DNA of 64,000 bases, from positions 480,001 through 544,000 of the forward strand of contig OZ242005.1 of NCBI GenBank assembly GCA_965204725.1, in the 5' to 3' direction. The notes under the pieces are model-generated. The model worked only from the letters and a program-made list of their open reading frames with translations, had not been told where the DNA came from and ran no database searches. Origin of the DNA: Candidatus Latescibacterota bacterium. Its GTDB lineage: Bacteria > Latescibacterota > UBA2968 > UBA8231. Of this stretch, positions 47,088-57,178 are shown in pieces. Numbering within the stretch: position 1 is the first letter of the stretch; every line of letters starts with the position of its first letter. The position numbers were made by a program, and so were the translations under genes.

Positions 47088-47485
47088 ACCTATACTTTGC
47101 CTCGTCAAAGCCTGCAAAAAGGCTTAACTAGCTAGATTCGGCACCGCGCCTAGGCGCGGCTCCGTGTTTTAATGAGCACAAACTAAGCGGGCCAAAAGGC
47201 CACTCCCACAGCAGAAGGGAGCGACCAAAACCGTACTCAGGGGAGTTGTACAGAAGGCCCTAATCACCGCCTCTCCCTCAATATAAGGCGGCACAACGGC
47301 TCGTCAAGGGCTTGTGCCAATTTGGTTACAGCCCAGTAGAAAAAAGTTTATAAGATCATATAAAATAATATGTTATAAACTTCAATAAATGGGTTGTCGC
47401 GCCGGCGTCGCCAAGTTTTTGGGCCGGCGGCGGGCGCGGTTCCTTATTATTGTTTCTCGCACCTAAAATCCAGAAACGAAAGACG

Positions 47486-48286
47486 ATGCAAAGCGATTCC
47501 ACATTCTCAGAATTAGTTGCTATCATGGCGCGTCTGCGCGGCCCCGATGGCTGCCCTTGGGACCGCAAGCAAACGCACGCCACGCTCCGGCCCTACCTGT
47601 TGGAGGAGGCGTATGAGGCCCTCGAAGCCATTGACGCGGCAGACGATGCCGAGTTGTGCGAGGAGCTGGGCGATGTGTTGCTGCAAGTGGTGTTCCACGC
47701 CCAGATCGCGGCTGAGGAGGGCCGCTTCGACATCGAGGCGGTCGGCCAAGCCATCGTCGATAAGCTGGTTCGCCGCCACCCCCATGTCTTCGACGATGCG
47801 AGTGCAGACGGGGCGGACGAGGTTTTACTCCGCTGGGAGCAGATCAAAAAGCAGGAGCGTCGGGAGCAAGGAAAAGCCGCCCCTTCGTTGCTGGAGGGCA
47901 TTCCCAAGCACCTCCCCGCCCTAATGCGCGCCCATCGGGTCCAAGCGCACGTTGCCCAGCAGGGGTTTGATTGGGACGACATAGATGGAGCGCTCGACAA
48001 GGTCGAAGAGGAATTCGCCGAAGTGCGCCGGGCTTGGGAGCAGGGGAAAGCGGCGGCGGTTGAGGAGGAGTTTGGCGACTTGCTCTTTTCGTTGGTCAAC
48101 GCCAGCCGATTCCTCAAAGTAGAGCCTGAGCAGGCCCTCAGACGGGCTGTCGCCAAGTTCGAGCACCGCTTCCGCGCCCTAGAGGAGACCGTGCATGCGC
48201 GGGGCGAGGAAGTGGCCGCGCTCTCGCTGGCCGTTCTAGACGAGATATGGGACGAAGTGAAAGCGCGCGAAAAGCCCGAAGGATAA
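47486..48286 (+). CDS. mazG: Nucleoside triphosphate pyrophosphohydrolase MazG (tandem domain)
   Basis: GCPWDRKQT, EEAYE, EELGDVLLQVVFH, RRHPHVF, EEFGDLLF. Confidence 0.93.
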   Translation: MQSDSTFSELVAIMARLRGPDGCPWDRKQTHATLRPYLLEEAYEALEAIDAADDAELCEELGDVLLQVVFHAQIAAEEGRFDIEAVGQAIVDKLVRRHPHVFDDASADGADEVLLRWEQIKKQERREQGKAAPSLLEGIPKHLPALMRAHRVQAHVAQQGFDWDDIDGALDKVEEEFAEVRRAWEQGKAAAVEEEFGDLLFSLVNASRFLKVEPEQALRRAVAKFEHRFRALEETVHARGEEVAALSLAVLDEIWDEVKAREKPEG

Positions 48287-48295
48287 GGAGGCGAC

Positions 48296-49009
48296 ATGGA
48301 ACTGGCACTCGATAGGGTTCCCTTGCGCGTTGACGTGCTCTTTTGCGCCACAGTCTTGGGCGTCTTGGTGCTTGCGGTATTGGCCGTGCGCGTTGCTGCC
48401 CAGCGCACCGGCCAACCCATCGACCTGTGGACGATGCGGGCCACTGCGGCAGCGGGGCTGTGGTTGGTGGCGACCGGACTGGCCGCGCTGTCGGGCGCGT
48501 TGCGCGGCTTCTCGCTCCCCCTGTTCACCGCTTTGATGATCCTAACGGGTGGTGTGGCCTTTTCGCGGGCGGGGGCCGCGCTGCTGGCGGCCGTTGGCCC
48601 GGTTGGGCTGATTGGCTTCCAGTTTTTCCGCGTGCCGGTCGCCATGTTCCTACGAGGAATGTACCAAGCGGGGCAGGCGCCGGTGCAGATGACCTACGAA
48701 GGGCTCAACTTCGATATCTTCGTCGGCTTGACCGCTCCGGCCATGGCTTGGTTGGTCTGGCGCGGCAAGGCGCGGTCCTACGCGATATGGGCTTGGAATG
48801 CGTTTGGACTGGTGCTGCTGGTCGAGGCGATCGCCATCGCGGCCCTCTCCATGCCGACGGAGTTCCGCGTCTTCACCAACGAGCCGGCTAGCACGTTCTC
48901 GACCTCTGCGCCTTACATCTGGCTGCCAACGGTCTTGGCTCCCGCCGCCCTAGTAGGTCATTTGTTGGTATTGCGCTGGCTGTCGTCGAGTTGCTCCCGG
49001 TCGAGATAA
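48296..49009 (+). CDS. Hypothetical multi-pass membrane protein
   Basis: About seven hydrophobic helices, NFDI and WLPT motifs; AGGAGG RBS. Confidence 0.75.
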   Translation: MELALDRVPLRVDVLFCATVLGVLVLAVLAVRVAAQRTGQPIDLWTMRATAAAGLWLVATGLAALSGALRGFSLPLFTALMILTGGVAFSRAGAALLAAVGPVGLIGFQFFRVPVAMFLRGMYQAGQAPVQMTYEGLNFDIFVGLTAPAMAWLVWRGKARSYAIWAWNAFGLVLLVEAIAIAALSMPTEFRVFTNEPASTFSTSAPYIWLPTVLAPAALVGHLLVLRWLSSSCSRSR

Positions 49010-50490
49010 TCCATGGCCGGATCGAGCCGCCAGCGGCACTGGTCGGGGGGCTGGATGGTGCGGCCCCATGCGGTTAGGATGGACCGGTCTGTGCGGAGCA
49101 CGGCTAGGCGTGCGGCGATTCGCTCTGGATCCCAGCCGTCTAGGACTTCGGCTTTGAGCGCGGCCAGCGTCTGTTGGTGCGCCGGATCGGCCGCTAGGTC
49201 GCAGCGCTCGCGCGGGTCGGCTTGGAGGTTAAAGAGCTGGCAGGGCTGGCCGTGGTAGTAGTTGAGCTTCCACGGCCCGCGCCGAATCATGCGCTGAAAA
49301 ATGCCCTCGGCCGGGAAGGGACCGCCGGCCCCGGCTGCGTCTTGGCAAAACTCGGAGAAGGCGACGTCGTCCCACGCGGCGTTTTGGGGATCCGCGAGCA
49401 AGGGCAGGACGCTGCGGCCCCGCGAGTTGGGCAGGGCCGGGCAGCCCAAGGCGTCGAGCATGGTCGCGTTGAGGTCGAGGGAGGAAATTACCCGGTCGCA
49501 ACGAGTGCCGGCGGGCAAGTGACCGGGCCAAGCGAGTATGGCCGGCACCTTAACCGAGTCTTCGTAAAAGGTCTGCTTCCACCACAGCCCGTGCTCGCCG
49601 ACCTGCTCGCCGTGGTCCGACGTATAGAGGATGAGGGTGTTTTCCTCCAAGTCGTTTTCTCTCAGCGCGGCTACGATCTGGCCGATCAGGGCGTCCATGC
49701 GGTGGACGAGCGCCCAATAGGCCGCGCGGGCGCGGCGGGTCTCTTCCGCGCTGACTTCCTCGATGTCGCAGGCTTGACGCCAGCGCTTGAGGTGGGGATG
49801 CAGGTGGTCGCCGAAGGGTTCGGGGGTTTGCGGCGGGGTGATGTTTTCATAGTAGTAGCGATAGTCTTGCAAGCGGGCGACAAAAGGCTGGTGCGGCAGC
49901 ATGAAACCGACCGAGAGCGAGAACGGCTCGGCCCCTTGGCCCGTGCGCTTGGCCACGCCGAGGCGATTGAGGTAGTCAACGGTCGCGGCGGTGACGTCTT
50001 CGTCGTGGACTTGATAGGCGCTTTGGCCGTGGCCGGACAGGCGCAGGCTGACGCGGCTCGGCCCGGCCGTGCCCGAGAGTTGGCCGTGATCAACGCCTTG
50101 GCCCCCGGGCTGGTTGGGGCCGTGATCGCCGACGAGCCGCTCCGCGTATCCGTGTAGTTGGTCCGGCCCAACCGAGTGCATGCGGCCGACGAGAACAGGG
50201 CGATAGCCGCCGGCGCCCATGGCGTGGGCGAGGGTGGGGATGCCGGAGTCGAGGATGTGGGAGTTGGTCCAGACTTGGTTGTCGCAGGGGTAGCGGCCCG
50301 AGAGCATGGACATCCGCGAGGGAACGCAAATGGGCGAGGGGCAATAGGTGTTGTCGAACACTACGCCGCGCGCCGCGAGGGCATCGAGGTGGGGGGTTTC
50401 GACTAGGGGATCGCCATAGCAGCCGGCGACGTAGGGGCTGTGTTGGTCGGAGTGGATGTACAGCAGGTTGGGGCGGGGGTCGCGGCTCAT
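48958..50490 (-). CDS. Sulfatase (choline-sulfatase-like)
   Basis: PNLLYIHSDQH, CVPSR formylglycine motif, TSDHGE, WWKQTFYE. Confidence 0.92.
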   Translation of the reverse strand: MSRDPRPNLLYIHSDQHSPYVAGCYGDPLVETPHLDALAARGVVFDNTYCPSPICVPSRMSMLSGRYPCDNQVWTNSHILDSGIPTLAHAMGAGGYRPVLVGRMHSVGPDQLHGYAERLVGDHGPNQPGGQGVDHGQLSGTAGPSRVSLRLSGHGQSAYQVHDEDVTAATVDYLNRLGVAKRTGQGAEPFSLSVGFMLPHQPFVARLQDYRYYYENITPPQTPEPFGDHLHPHLKRWRQACDIEEVSAEETRRARAAYWALVHRMDALIGQIVAALRENDLEENTLILYTSDHGEQVGEHGLWWKQTFYEDSVKVPAILAWPGHLPAGTRCDRVISSLDLNATMLDALGCPALPNSRGRSVLPLLADPQNAAWDDVAFSEFCQDAAGAGGPFPAEGIFQRMIRRGPWKLNYYHGQPCQLFNLQADPRERCDLAADPAHQQTLAALKAEVLDGWDPERIAARLAVLRTDRSILTAWGRTIQPPDQCRWRLDPAMDYLDREQLDDSQRNTNK

Positions 50491-50642
50491 AGTGCTAATA
50501 CCTCGTCGGTTGGGTGGTGCGCGACAAGGTACGCGGCTGGGCCGGGCCGAGCAAGGCGCGGTTGAGCGGGTTTTCTCGCGCTGTTGCATTGTGTACGTTT
50601 TTTGCACGACAAACCACAAGCGATGGAGATTGGAGATTGGAT

Positions 50643-51446
50643 ATGTCAAAGAAAAAAGCGGCCAAGCCGGCCAAGATGAAGCGGAAAGACTACGAGCGCG
50701 AATTGGCCAAGTTGCACTACGATCTGGTCAAGTTGCAGCACTGGATCAAGGATCAGGGCTTGCGGGTTGTAATCGTCTTTGAGGGGCGCGACACGGCCGG
50801 CAAGGGCGGGATCATCAAGCGCATCGCCGAGCCGCTCAATCCGCGCGGCGCGCGCGTGGTGGCCTTGGGGACGCCATCGGACCGCGAGCGCACCCAGTGG
50901 TACTTCCAGCGCTACGTGGCCCACCTGCCGGCCGCGGGCGAAATCGTGGTCTTCGACCGCAGTTGGTACAACCGCAGCGGCGTTGAGCGGGTCTTTGGCT
51001 TTTGCTCCGATGAGGAGTATTGGGAGTTTCTCCACTCGTGCCCGGAGTTTGAGCGCATGCTGGTGCGCTCGGGGATCGTCCTGATGAAGTACTGGCTCTC
51101 GGTGAGCGAGGAGGAGCAAGAAAGCCGCTTTCAGGAGCGCGCCCGGAATCCGCTCAAGCGCTGGAAGCTCAGCGATATAGATCTAGAGTCGCGGAACAGG
51201 TGGGTCGAGTACTCCAAGGCCAAAGACGAGGCGTTTTTCTATACGGACATTCCCGAAGCGCCTTGGTACACGGTTGAAGCCGACGACAAGCGGCGGGCGC
51301 GTCTCAACTGCATCGCGCACCTCCTCAGCCAACTGCCCCACGAGGACGTGATGCCGCAAAAGATGGACCTGCCGCCGCGCCCGCCGCACGGCGAGTACCA
51401 GCGCCCGCCCCACAGCAAGTTGCACTTTGTCGATGAGAAGTACTAA
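50643..51446 (+). CDS. ppk2: Polyphosphate kinase 2
   Basis: FEGRDTAGKGG, QWYFQRY, FDRSWYNR, ARLNCI. Confidence 0.95.
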   Translation: MSKKKAAKPAKMKRKDYERELAKLHYDLVKLQHWIKDQGLRVVIVFEGRDTAGKGGIIKRIAEPLNPRGARVVALGTPSDRERTQWYFQRYVAHLPAAGEIVVFDRSWYNRSGVERVFGFCSDEEYWEFLHSCPEFERMLVRSGIVLMKYWLSVSEEEQESRFQERARNPLKRWKLSDIDLESRNRWVEYSKAKDEAFFYTDIPEAPWYTVEADDKRRARLNCIAHLLSQLPHEDVMPQKMDLPPRPPHGEYQRPPHSKLHFVDEKY

Positions 51447-52974
51447 GAGCGGTATTCCCCTCTTTATAGTCGTAGTCGCGGCGACATTTTTCTTGGGGGT
51501 CTGGACCTTCGACCCCAAACTTTCCCTGAGCGGCGACAACGCCGAATTCATCACGCTGGCTCGCAGTCTGGCCCAAGGCGAGGGGCTTTTGCACCTCAAC
51601 TCGCCCGACCCGCAGCCGGCGACCAAGTACCCCTTTGGCTTTCCCCTGTTGCTGGCCCCGTTGGCGTGGGCTTTCCCCGGCGATTGGGTGCCGATGAAGG
51701 CTTGGGTGTTGGTGCTCTTCGCGCTGGGGATGGGGGTGCTCTACCAAGTGGCCAAGGAGCGGGTGGGCGTCTTGCCCGGCTTGGCGGTGGTGGCACTGAG
51801 CCTGATGGCCGGCAAGAGCTATTTAACCCACGGCCCGACCGGCGCGTCCTACGGCCCGCTGCTGTTGCACTACGCGCACCAAGTCATGTCCGAAGTCCCC
51901 TATCTGACCTTTTCGCTCTTGGCGCTGTGGCTCGTAGAACGGGGCGTCGGGTGCGCGGGCCGCAAGGGAAACTGGTGGCTCATTGGCGGTTTCGCCTGTA
52001 CCCTCGGGGCGTACTACATCCGCACGGCTGGGATCGCGCTGGTGGCGGCTGTGGTGGTCTATCTGTTGCTCCGGCGCGATGTCCGGCGGGCTTTGTTCTT
52101 TGGCGGCGCGGCGGTGGTCTGCTATTTGCCGTGGGCTTGGCGCAACCAAGCGGTGGGCCGCGGCGGCGTCTATATCGAGCAGTTGGTCATGGTCAATCCC
52201 TACCACCCAGAGCGGGGCCTGCTCGACGTGGGCGGCTTTGTCGAGCGCGTTATCGACAATACGCAGCGCTATCTGACCGGGGAATTGCCCAATACCCTAG
52301 TGCCCTTTTTTACCGGCGCTGAGACGGTTTTTCACCCCGCGCCTTTGTTGCTAATCGCGCTCGCCGTTGCCGCGACCGTGCTTTGCATCCAGCGCGGCGA
52401 ACACCTGCTGCTCCTGCTCTACGCGGCCTTCTTTTTAGGCATGGTGTTGCTCTGGCCTTGGCCGGGTGACCGCTTTCTGGTGCCTATTGTGCCGGTGCTC
52501 GTCTTGTTGGGGGTCTGGGCTGTTTTGCAAATCCGCGCTAGACTGGCCGGGGGCCACGGGGGCCGGTTTGTGGTATGGGGCTTGTTTGTGGGCTGCGTCA
52601 TCGGCTGGGTCGGCGGCGTCAAACGCCTAGCCGACTACGCCGCGGCCGACTATCCCCCGCCGTGGCGTCGCTACTATCAGGCCGGTCAGTGGCTCAAAGC
52701 CAACGCGCAGGAAGACGACATCGTGCTGTGCCGCAAGGGGTACTGGATGTACATCGTCTCGGGTCGGCGCTGCGTCGGCTTCCCCTTTGCCGAGCCGGCC
52801 AAGGTGCTGGCCCATATCGAGCGCGAAAAGGTGGAGTTCGTCGTGCTGGAAAGCCTCGGTTTTCCCCAGACTGGGCGGTATTTGCTCCCGGCCATTGAGG
52901 AGTACGAGAGCCGCTTTGCGGTGGTGTGGCACGACCCGGTGGTGCCGACCTATGTGCTGCGTTTTCTCCGCTAA
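51433..52974 (+). CDS. GT-C (ArnT/PMT, GT39-like) membrane glycosyltransferase
   Basis: GDNAEF..LARSL, YPFGFP, MSEVPY, RFLVP; many TMs. Confidence 0.75.
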   Translation: MRSTKSGIPLFIVVVAATFFLGVWTFDPKLSLSGDNAEFITLARSLAQGEGLLHLNSPDPQPATKYPFGFPLLLAPLAWAFPGDWVPMKAWVLVLFALGMGVLYQVAKERVGVLPGLAVVALSLMAGKSYLTHGPTGASYGPLLLHYAHQVMSEVPYLTFSLLALWLVERGVGCAGRKGNWWLIGGFACTLGAYYIRTAGIALVAAVVVYLLLRRDVRRALFFGGAAVVCYLPWAWRNQAVGRGGVYIEQLVMVNPYHPERGLLDVGGFVERVIDNTQRYLTGELPNTLVPFFTGAETVFHPAPLLLIALAVAATVLCIQRGEHLLLLLYAAFFLGMVLLWPWPGDRFLVPIVPVLVLLGVWAVLQIRARLAGGHGGRFVVWGLFVGCVIGWVGGVKRLADYAAADYPPPWRRYYQAGQWLKANAQEDDIVLCRKGYWMYIVSGRRCVGFPFAEPAKVLAHIEREKVEFVVLESLGFPQTGRYLLPAIEEYESRFAVVWHDPVVPTYVLRFLR

Positions 52975-53957
52975 GATGGCAGCGGCGCGTCGGCGCGGAC
53001 TAAGCCCTCGGCGCGGAGTTCGGCCCAAAACGAGGCGGGAATCTCCTGAGTGAGCAAGTCGAAGTTCTCTTGCACTCGCTCGGGCTGCCGCGTCCCGGGG
53101 ATGATGCAGGTGATGGCCGGATGGGCAAAGACGAATTGCGAGGCTGCGGCCCGCAGATCGACTTGGTGGCGCGCGGCCACGGCCTCTAGGGACTTGGCCC
53201 TAGCGGCGATTTCGGGTGGGGCTTCTCGGTAGTTGTACGTCGCGCCCGGGCGCGCGCCTTTGGCCAAGATGCCGCTGTTGTACGTGCCGCCGGCCATGAT
53301 GCCGATGTTCTTTTTTACGCACAGCGGCAAGAGCTCGTCGAGTGCGCTCTGGTCGAGCAAGCTGTAGCGTCCGGCGAGGAGGAAGCAGTCGAAATCGCCC
53401 TCGCGCGCAAAGCGGGCCAGCATTTCCCATTGGTTCATGCCCGCACTGACGGCGCGGATGACGCCGGCACTGCGCAGCTCGTCGAGCGCGGGATAAGCGC
53501 TGTCGATGGCCTCCTGCCAGTGGTTGTCTGGGTCGTGAATGTGGAGGATGTCGATGCGATCTACGCCGAGGCGTTTGCGGCTGTCTGCAAAGGAGCGCAT
53601 GACGCCGTCGTAGCTGAAGTCGAACACGGGTTGGTACGGAGCCGGGTCGTCGAACGCGCCCACCTGCTGGTCGCGTTGGGTGGGGACTAAGACGCGCCCC
53701 ACCTTGGACGCGAGCACATAGTGGGTGCGCGATACGCCCGCGAGGGCCTGCCCGAGGCGGAGTTCGCTTTTGCCCGCCCCGTACAGGGGTGCGGTGTCTA
53801 AGAGGTTGAGACCCAAGGACAGGGCGCGGCGCACGACCGAGATGGCTTGGTCGTCCGGGATGTCGCCGTATAGGCCGCCGATGGAGGCGCAGCCCAAGCC
53901 GAGGCGGGTGACGGACAGGCCGCTGCTGCCGAGAGGGACTTTTTCGAGTGGATTCAT
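52971..53957 (-). CDS. Aldo/keto reductase (D-threo-aldose dehydrogenase-like)
   Basis: DTAPLYGAG, SKVGR, FDFSYDG, IHDPD, LAGRYSLL. Confidence 0.9.
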   Translation of the reverse strand: MNPLEKVPLGSSGLSVTRLGLGCASIGGLYGDIPDDQAISVVRRALSLGLNLLDTAPLYGAGKSELRLGQALAGVSRTHYVLASKVGRVLVPTQRDQQVGAFDDPAPYQPVFDFSYDGVMRSFADSRKRLGVDRIDILHIHDPDNHWQEAIDSAYPALDELRSAGVIRAVSAGMNQWEMLARFAREGDFDCFLLAGRYSLLDQSALDELLPLCVKKNIGIMAGGTYNSGILAKGARPGATYNYREAPPEIAARAKSLEAVAARHQVDLRAAASQFVFAHPAITCIIPGTRQPERVQENFDLLTQEIPASFWAELRAEGLVRADAPLPS

Positions 53958-54042
53958 GCTAGCTCCTTGTTAGTTCGTTAGATGACTGGTAAAAAGCTAT
54001 GCCAAACGACCCGGCGCAAAAAGCCCACCCCTTGAGACCTGC

Positions 54043-54071
54043 TTGACGCTCACAGGGGCATGGCGTACATT
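54043..54071 (+). promoter_or_regulatory. sigma70-type promoter
   Basis: TTGACG-17-TACATT upstream of the DUF255-rfbD-GT genes. Confidence 0.55.
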
Positions 54072-54116
54072 AAACGGCCTTTGTAAACGGTTCGGAACTC
54101 GTTGAATATAAAAGAG

Positions 54117-55547
54117 ATGTGTCAATTTAAGCCCAAGCTGCTGGTGCTGCTAATGTGGGCCGGATGCGCCCCGGCCGAAAAGCCGCCGCAGGAAGAGATC
54201 GGTCGCGACCGACCGACCGTGGCCGGGTGGCAGTGGACCGATGGCGAGCTGCCTTGGGAGGCTTGGGACGAGTCTTTGTTCGCACGCGCTCAACGCGCCG
54301 ACAAGCCCATATTGGTCTATTTGGCCGCCCCGGGATACGAGGGCCTATTTCCCGCGCCAACGTCGGCGTTGCGCCAACTCGTGGCCGAGAAATTTGTCGG
54401 CGTCCGGGTCGATCCGTTCAAGCAACCGGATATTGCTCAGCGCTATGAAAGCGGCGGTTGGCCGGCCCTCGTGGCGGCCCTGCCAGACGGGCGGGTTTTT
54501 GCGCGGGCCGTGGATATTCCGCCCGCCAACGTCGAGCCTTACCTGCGCCGGTTGCGCTCGGCCTACGAGGAAAAGCGCGCAGTGCTCGTCGCCAAGGTGG
54601 AGCGCGCCGCGGCCCGGCCCAAAGGGGAGACCCCCTTTGCCATAGATGCCGTGTACCGCGCGTGTGCGGCCGCCTTTGACTCGGCCTACGGAGGCTTCGG
54701 CGGCCCGACCAAGTTCCTAGAGACCTCGGTATTGCGCTTCCTGCTCGTCTATGCCGAAGTGCGGGGGGCCGATCCGGCGCGGCAGATGGCCTTGGCTAGC
54801 TTGGACGCGGTGCTCGCCTCGCCGCTCGGGGACAGCGGTGGTTTTCGCGCATACTCGTACGCGCCCGATTGGAGCGCACCTGCCAGCGAGCGGGACGCCC
54901 TTGATCAGGCGGCCATGCTGCATCTGTTGCTGGAGGCCGACCAGCCCCGCTATGTCGAGGCGGCCCGTGCCCTACTCGGCTTTGTCGAGGGGGTGCTCTT
55001 TGACCAAGCCGAGGGCGCGTTCCGCGGTCGCCAAGTCATGGCCGACACTTGGTGGACCGATCCGACGCTCTACGCCGACCGCCAAGCGGCCCTGATACGA
55101 GCGTACCTCGCTGCGGCCGCCGCCCTAGGAGACGACCGCGCCGCTCAGGTGGCCCTGCAAGCCGGCGACGCGCTCATCAACCGCTGCATTGACCGCCGCG
55201 GTCGGGTGCAACACGTGTGCGACTCAGACGGCGAGGGCAGCGTCGGCCTGCTCGTCGATCAAGCGTGGGCGGCCTTGGCCTTGTGGGAATTGGGCCAATG
55301 GAGTGGTGAGGATCGCTTTGCCGCGGCGGCCGAGCAGGTCGTGCGTTTTATGGAGCAGCGCGATCGCCCGGCTGCCCTCGGCTGGTTGCTGCATCACGGC
55401 GAGGGGCTCGCCCTCCAGCTCTATGGGCGACAGGGCCGTGCCGAGCAGGTGGTCGCCTTGGCCCGCGAGCCGCGCTTGGCGTCGGCATCCAGCCGAGCGC
55501 ATAGCTCGTGGGCGCGGGCTTTGCTGCTGTACGGCCCGCCGCTATGA
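54117..55547 (+). CDS. DUF255/YyaL-like thioredoxin + alpha-barrel protein (divergent, lipoprotein-like signal)
   Basis: PWEAWDE..FARA..DKPI, RVD..PDI..RY..GGWP, GGFGGPTKF. Confidence 0.7.
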   Translation: MCQFKPKLLVLLMWAGCAPAEKPPQEEIGRDRPTVAGWQWTDGELPWEAWDESLFARAQRADKPILVYLAAPGYEGLFPAPTSALRQLVAEKFVGVRVDPFKQPDIAQRYESGGWPALVAALPDGRVFARAVDIPPANVEPYLRRLRSAYEEKRAVLVAKVERAAARPKGETPFAIDAVYRACAAAFDSAYGGFGGPTKFLETSVLRFLLVYAEVRGADPARQMALASLDAVLASPLGDSGGFRAYSYAPDWSAPASERDALDQAAMLHLLLEADQPRYVEAARALLGFVEGVLFDQAEGAFRGRQVMADTWWTDPTLYADRQAALIRAYLAAAAALGDDRAAQVALQAGDALINRCIDRRGRVQHVCDSDGEGSVGLLVDQAWAALALWELGQWSGEDRFAAAAEQVVRFMEQRDRPAALGWLLHHGEGLALQLYGRQGRAEQVVALAREPRLASASSRAHSSWARALLLYGPPL

Positions 55548-56443
55548 GAATTTTGGTTGCTGGTGCCACGGGCCTTTTAGGCCGCACGTTGCTCTCCTTA
55601 GAAGGGGAAGCCGAGTGGCTGGGCTGCGGTCGTCGGTCCGCTGTCGAGGGCGTTTCCCATCGCCGAGTCGATCTAGCGGACCGCAAGGCCGCGACCGCCC
55701 TCATCGCCGAACTCGCGCCCGATTGGGTGATCAATGCCGCGGCCATGACCGATGTCGATGGCTGCGAAAAAGACGCACGGGCCGCGCGGCGAGCCAACGT
55801 CGATATTCCCGAGAACTTAGCCGGGGCTTGCAATGCGACCGGGGCCGGCTTGGTCCACATTTCCACAGATTACGTCTTCGACGGCCAGCGCGGCCCCTAC
55901 GGCGAAGGGGACGAGACCAATCCGCTGTCTTGCTACGGTCAACTCAAGCTCGAAAGCGAGGGCATATTAAATAGAATGGAGCGCGTGCTAGTCGTGCGAA
56001 CCCTGTGGCTGTACGGCTATGTCCCGCAGGCCGGGTCCAACTTCCTCACTTGGGTGCTGCAGGGCCTGTCTAGCGGCCAGCCCCGGCGGGTCTTTGCCGA
56101 TCAGTGGGGCAACCCGACCTACGTCCGCGATTTGGCCCGCGCCTTGGTGGCCCTGTGCGGCCAAGAGGCGCGGGGCTTGTTTCACCTCGGTGGCGCGACC
56201 TTTATGACGCGCTGGGAGCAGGCTCGGGCGCTGGCCTGTTTCTTTGGCTTGGACGGCGCGTTGATCGAACCCGTGCCGACCCGCGCGGCCGGGCTGCCCG
56301 CCCCGCGCCCTTTGCGCTCTGGGCTACGCACCGACGCGCTCGAAGCCGCGCTCGGCCGCCGGCCCCTGAGCTTTGCCGAGGGGCTGCAAGACCTCGCCGC
56401 GGACCCGCATTTTCGCCGCGCCTTTCCCCAACTTGCCCGCTAG
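55544..56443 (+). CDS. rfbD: dTDP-4-dehydrorhamnose reductase-like SDR
   Basis: GATGLLG, NAAAMTDVDGCE, HISTDYVFDG, YGQLK, DQWGNPT. Confidence 0.85.
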   Translation: MRILVAGATGLLGRTLLSLEGEAEWLGCGRRSAVEGVSHRRVDLADRKAATALIAELAPDWVINAAAMTDVDGCEKDARAARRANVDIPENLAGACNATGAGLVHISTDYVFDGQRGPYGEGDETNPLSCYGQLKLESEGILNRMERVLVVRTLWLYGYVPQAGSNFLTWVLQGLSSGQPRRVFADQWGNPTYVRDLARALVALCGQEARGLFHLGGATFMTRWEQARALACFFGLDGALIEPVPTRAAGLPAPRPLRSGLRTDALEAALGRRPLSFAEGLQDLAADPHFRRAFPQLAR

Positions 56444-56452
56444 CGTGCTCCT

Positions 56453-57178
56453 GTGGACCCCGTACAGATTTCCCTGATAACGCCCACGTACAACGAGCGG
56501 GAAAATTTGCCGCTGTTGGCCGCCGAGATATTTGCGATCATCGGCCAACAGCCGGATATCGATCTGGAGCTCATCGTGGTAGATGACAACTCGCCCGACG
56601 GCACCGGCCAAGTGGCCGAGGATCTCAAGGCCCGCTACCCCGTTGAGGTGGTCCATCGGGCGGGAAAGCTCGGCTTGGGGTCGGCGGTGATGGCGGGTTT
56701 CGCACGGTCGGCGCGGCCGCATCTCGGGGTGATGGACGCCGACTTGAGCCACGACCCGGCGATCTTGCCCGAGCTGGTCACCAGCCTGCGCGAGTGCGAC
56801 ATTGCCATGGGCAGCCGCTTTGGAGCGACCAGCCGCGTCGAACAGTGGGCTTGGCACCGCAAGCTGCTCTCCCAAGTCGGCGTGGGCGCGGCCCGCCTGC
56901 TGACCGGGGTCGAGGACCCGCTGTCGGGTTATTTTTGCTTGCGCCGCCCAGTGATACAGGACTTAGTGCTCACGTCCGCGGGCTACAAAATTCTACTCGA
57001 AATTTTGGTCAAGGGCCGCTATCGGCAGCATCGCTCCGTGCCCTTTGTCTTTCGCAACCGCCAGTTCAGCTCCAGCAAGCTGGACCTGCGCGAGTACCTG
57101 CTTTTTGCCAAACAAATCCTCTACTTCAGCGGCTACAAGCTCATGGGCCGCCAGCGAAGTGCTCGATCGTGCGACTGA
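56453..57178 (+). CDS. Polyprenol monophosphomannose synthase (GT2)
   Basis: PTYNEREN, VDDNSPDGT, MDADLSH, GYKILLE. Confidence 0.88.
   Translation: MDPVQISLITPTYNERENLPLLAAEIFAIIGQQPDIDLELIVVDDNSPDGTGQVAEDLKARYPVEVVHRAGKLGLGSAVMAGFARSARPHLGVMDADLSHDPAILPELVTSLRECDIAMGSRFGATSRVEQWAWHRKLLSQVGVGAARLLTGVEDPLSGYFCLRRPVIQDLVLTSAGYKILLEILVKGRYRQHRSVPFVFRNRQFSSSKLDLREYLLFAKQILYFSGYKLMGRQRSARSCD

Noticed and set aside
47303-47322. Sigma54 promoter TGGCACAAGCCCTTGA on the minus strand
   Set aside because: The -24/-12 spacing is off by one and the -12 GC is missing; the overlapping sigma70 reading fits better.
47350-47382. dif-like Xer recombination site
   Set aside because: Only loose resemblance to the XerD arm; XerC arm and 6-bp spacer do not fit.
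47486-48286. MazG as an abortive-infection effector
   Set aside because: Canonical tandem-domain housekeeping MazG with no adjacent TA or defence genes.
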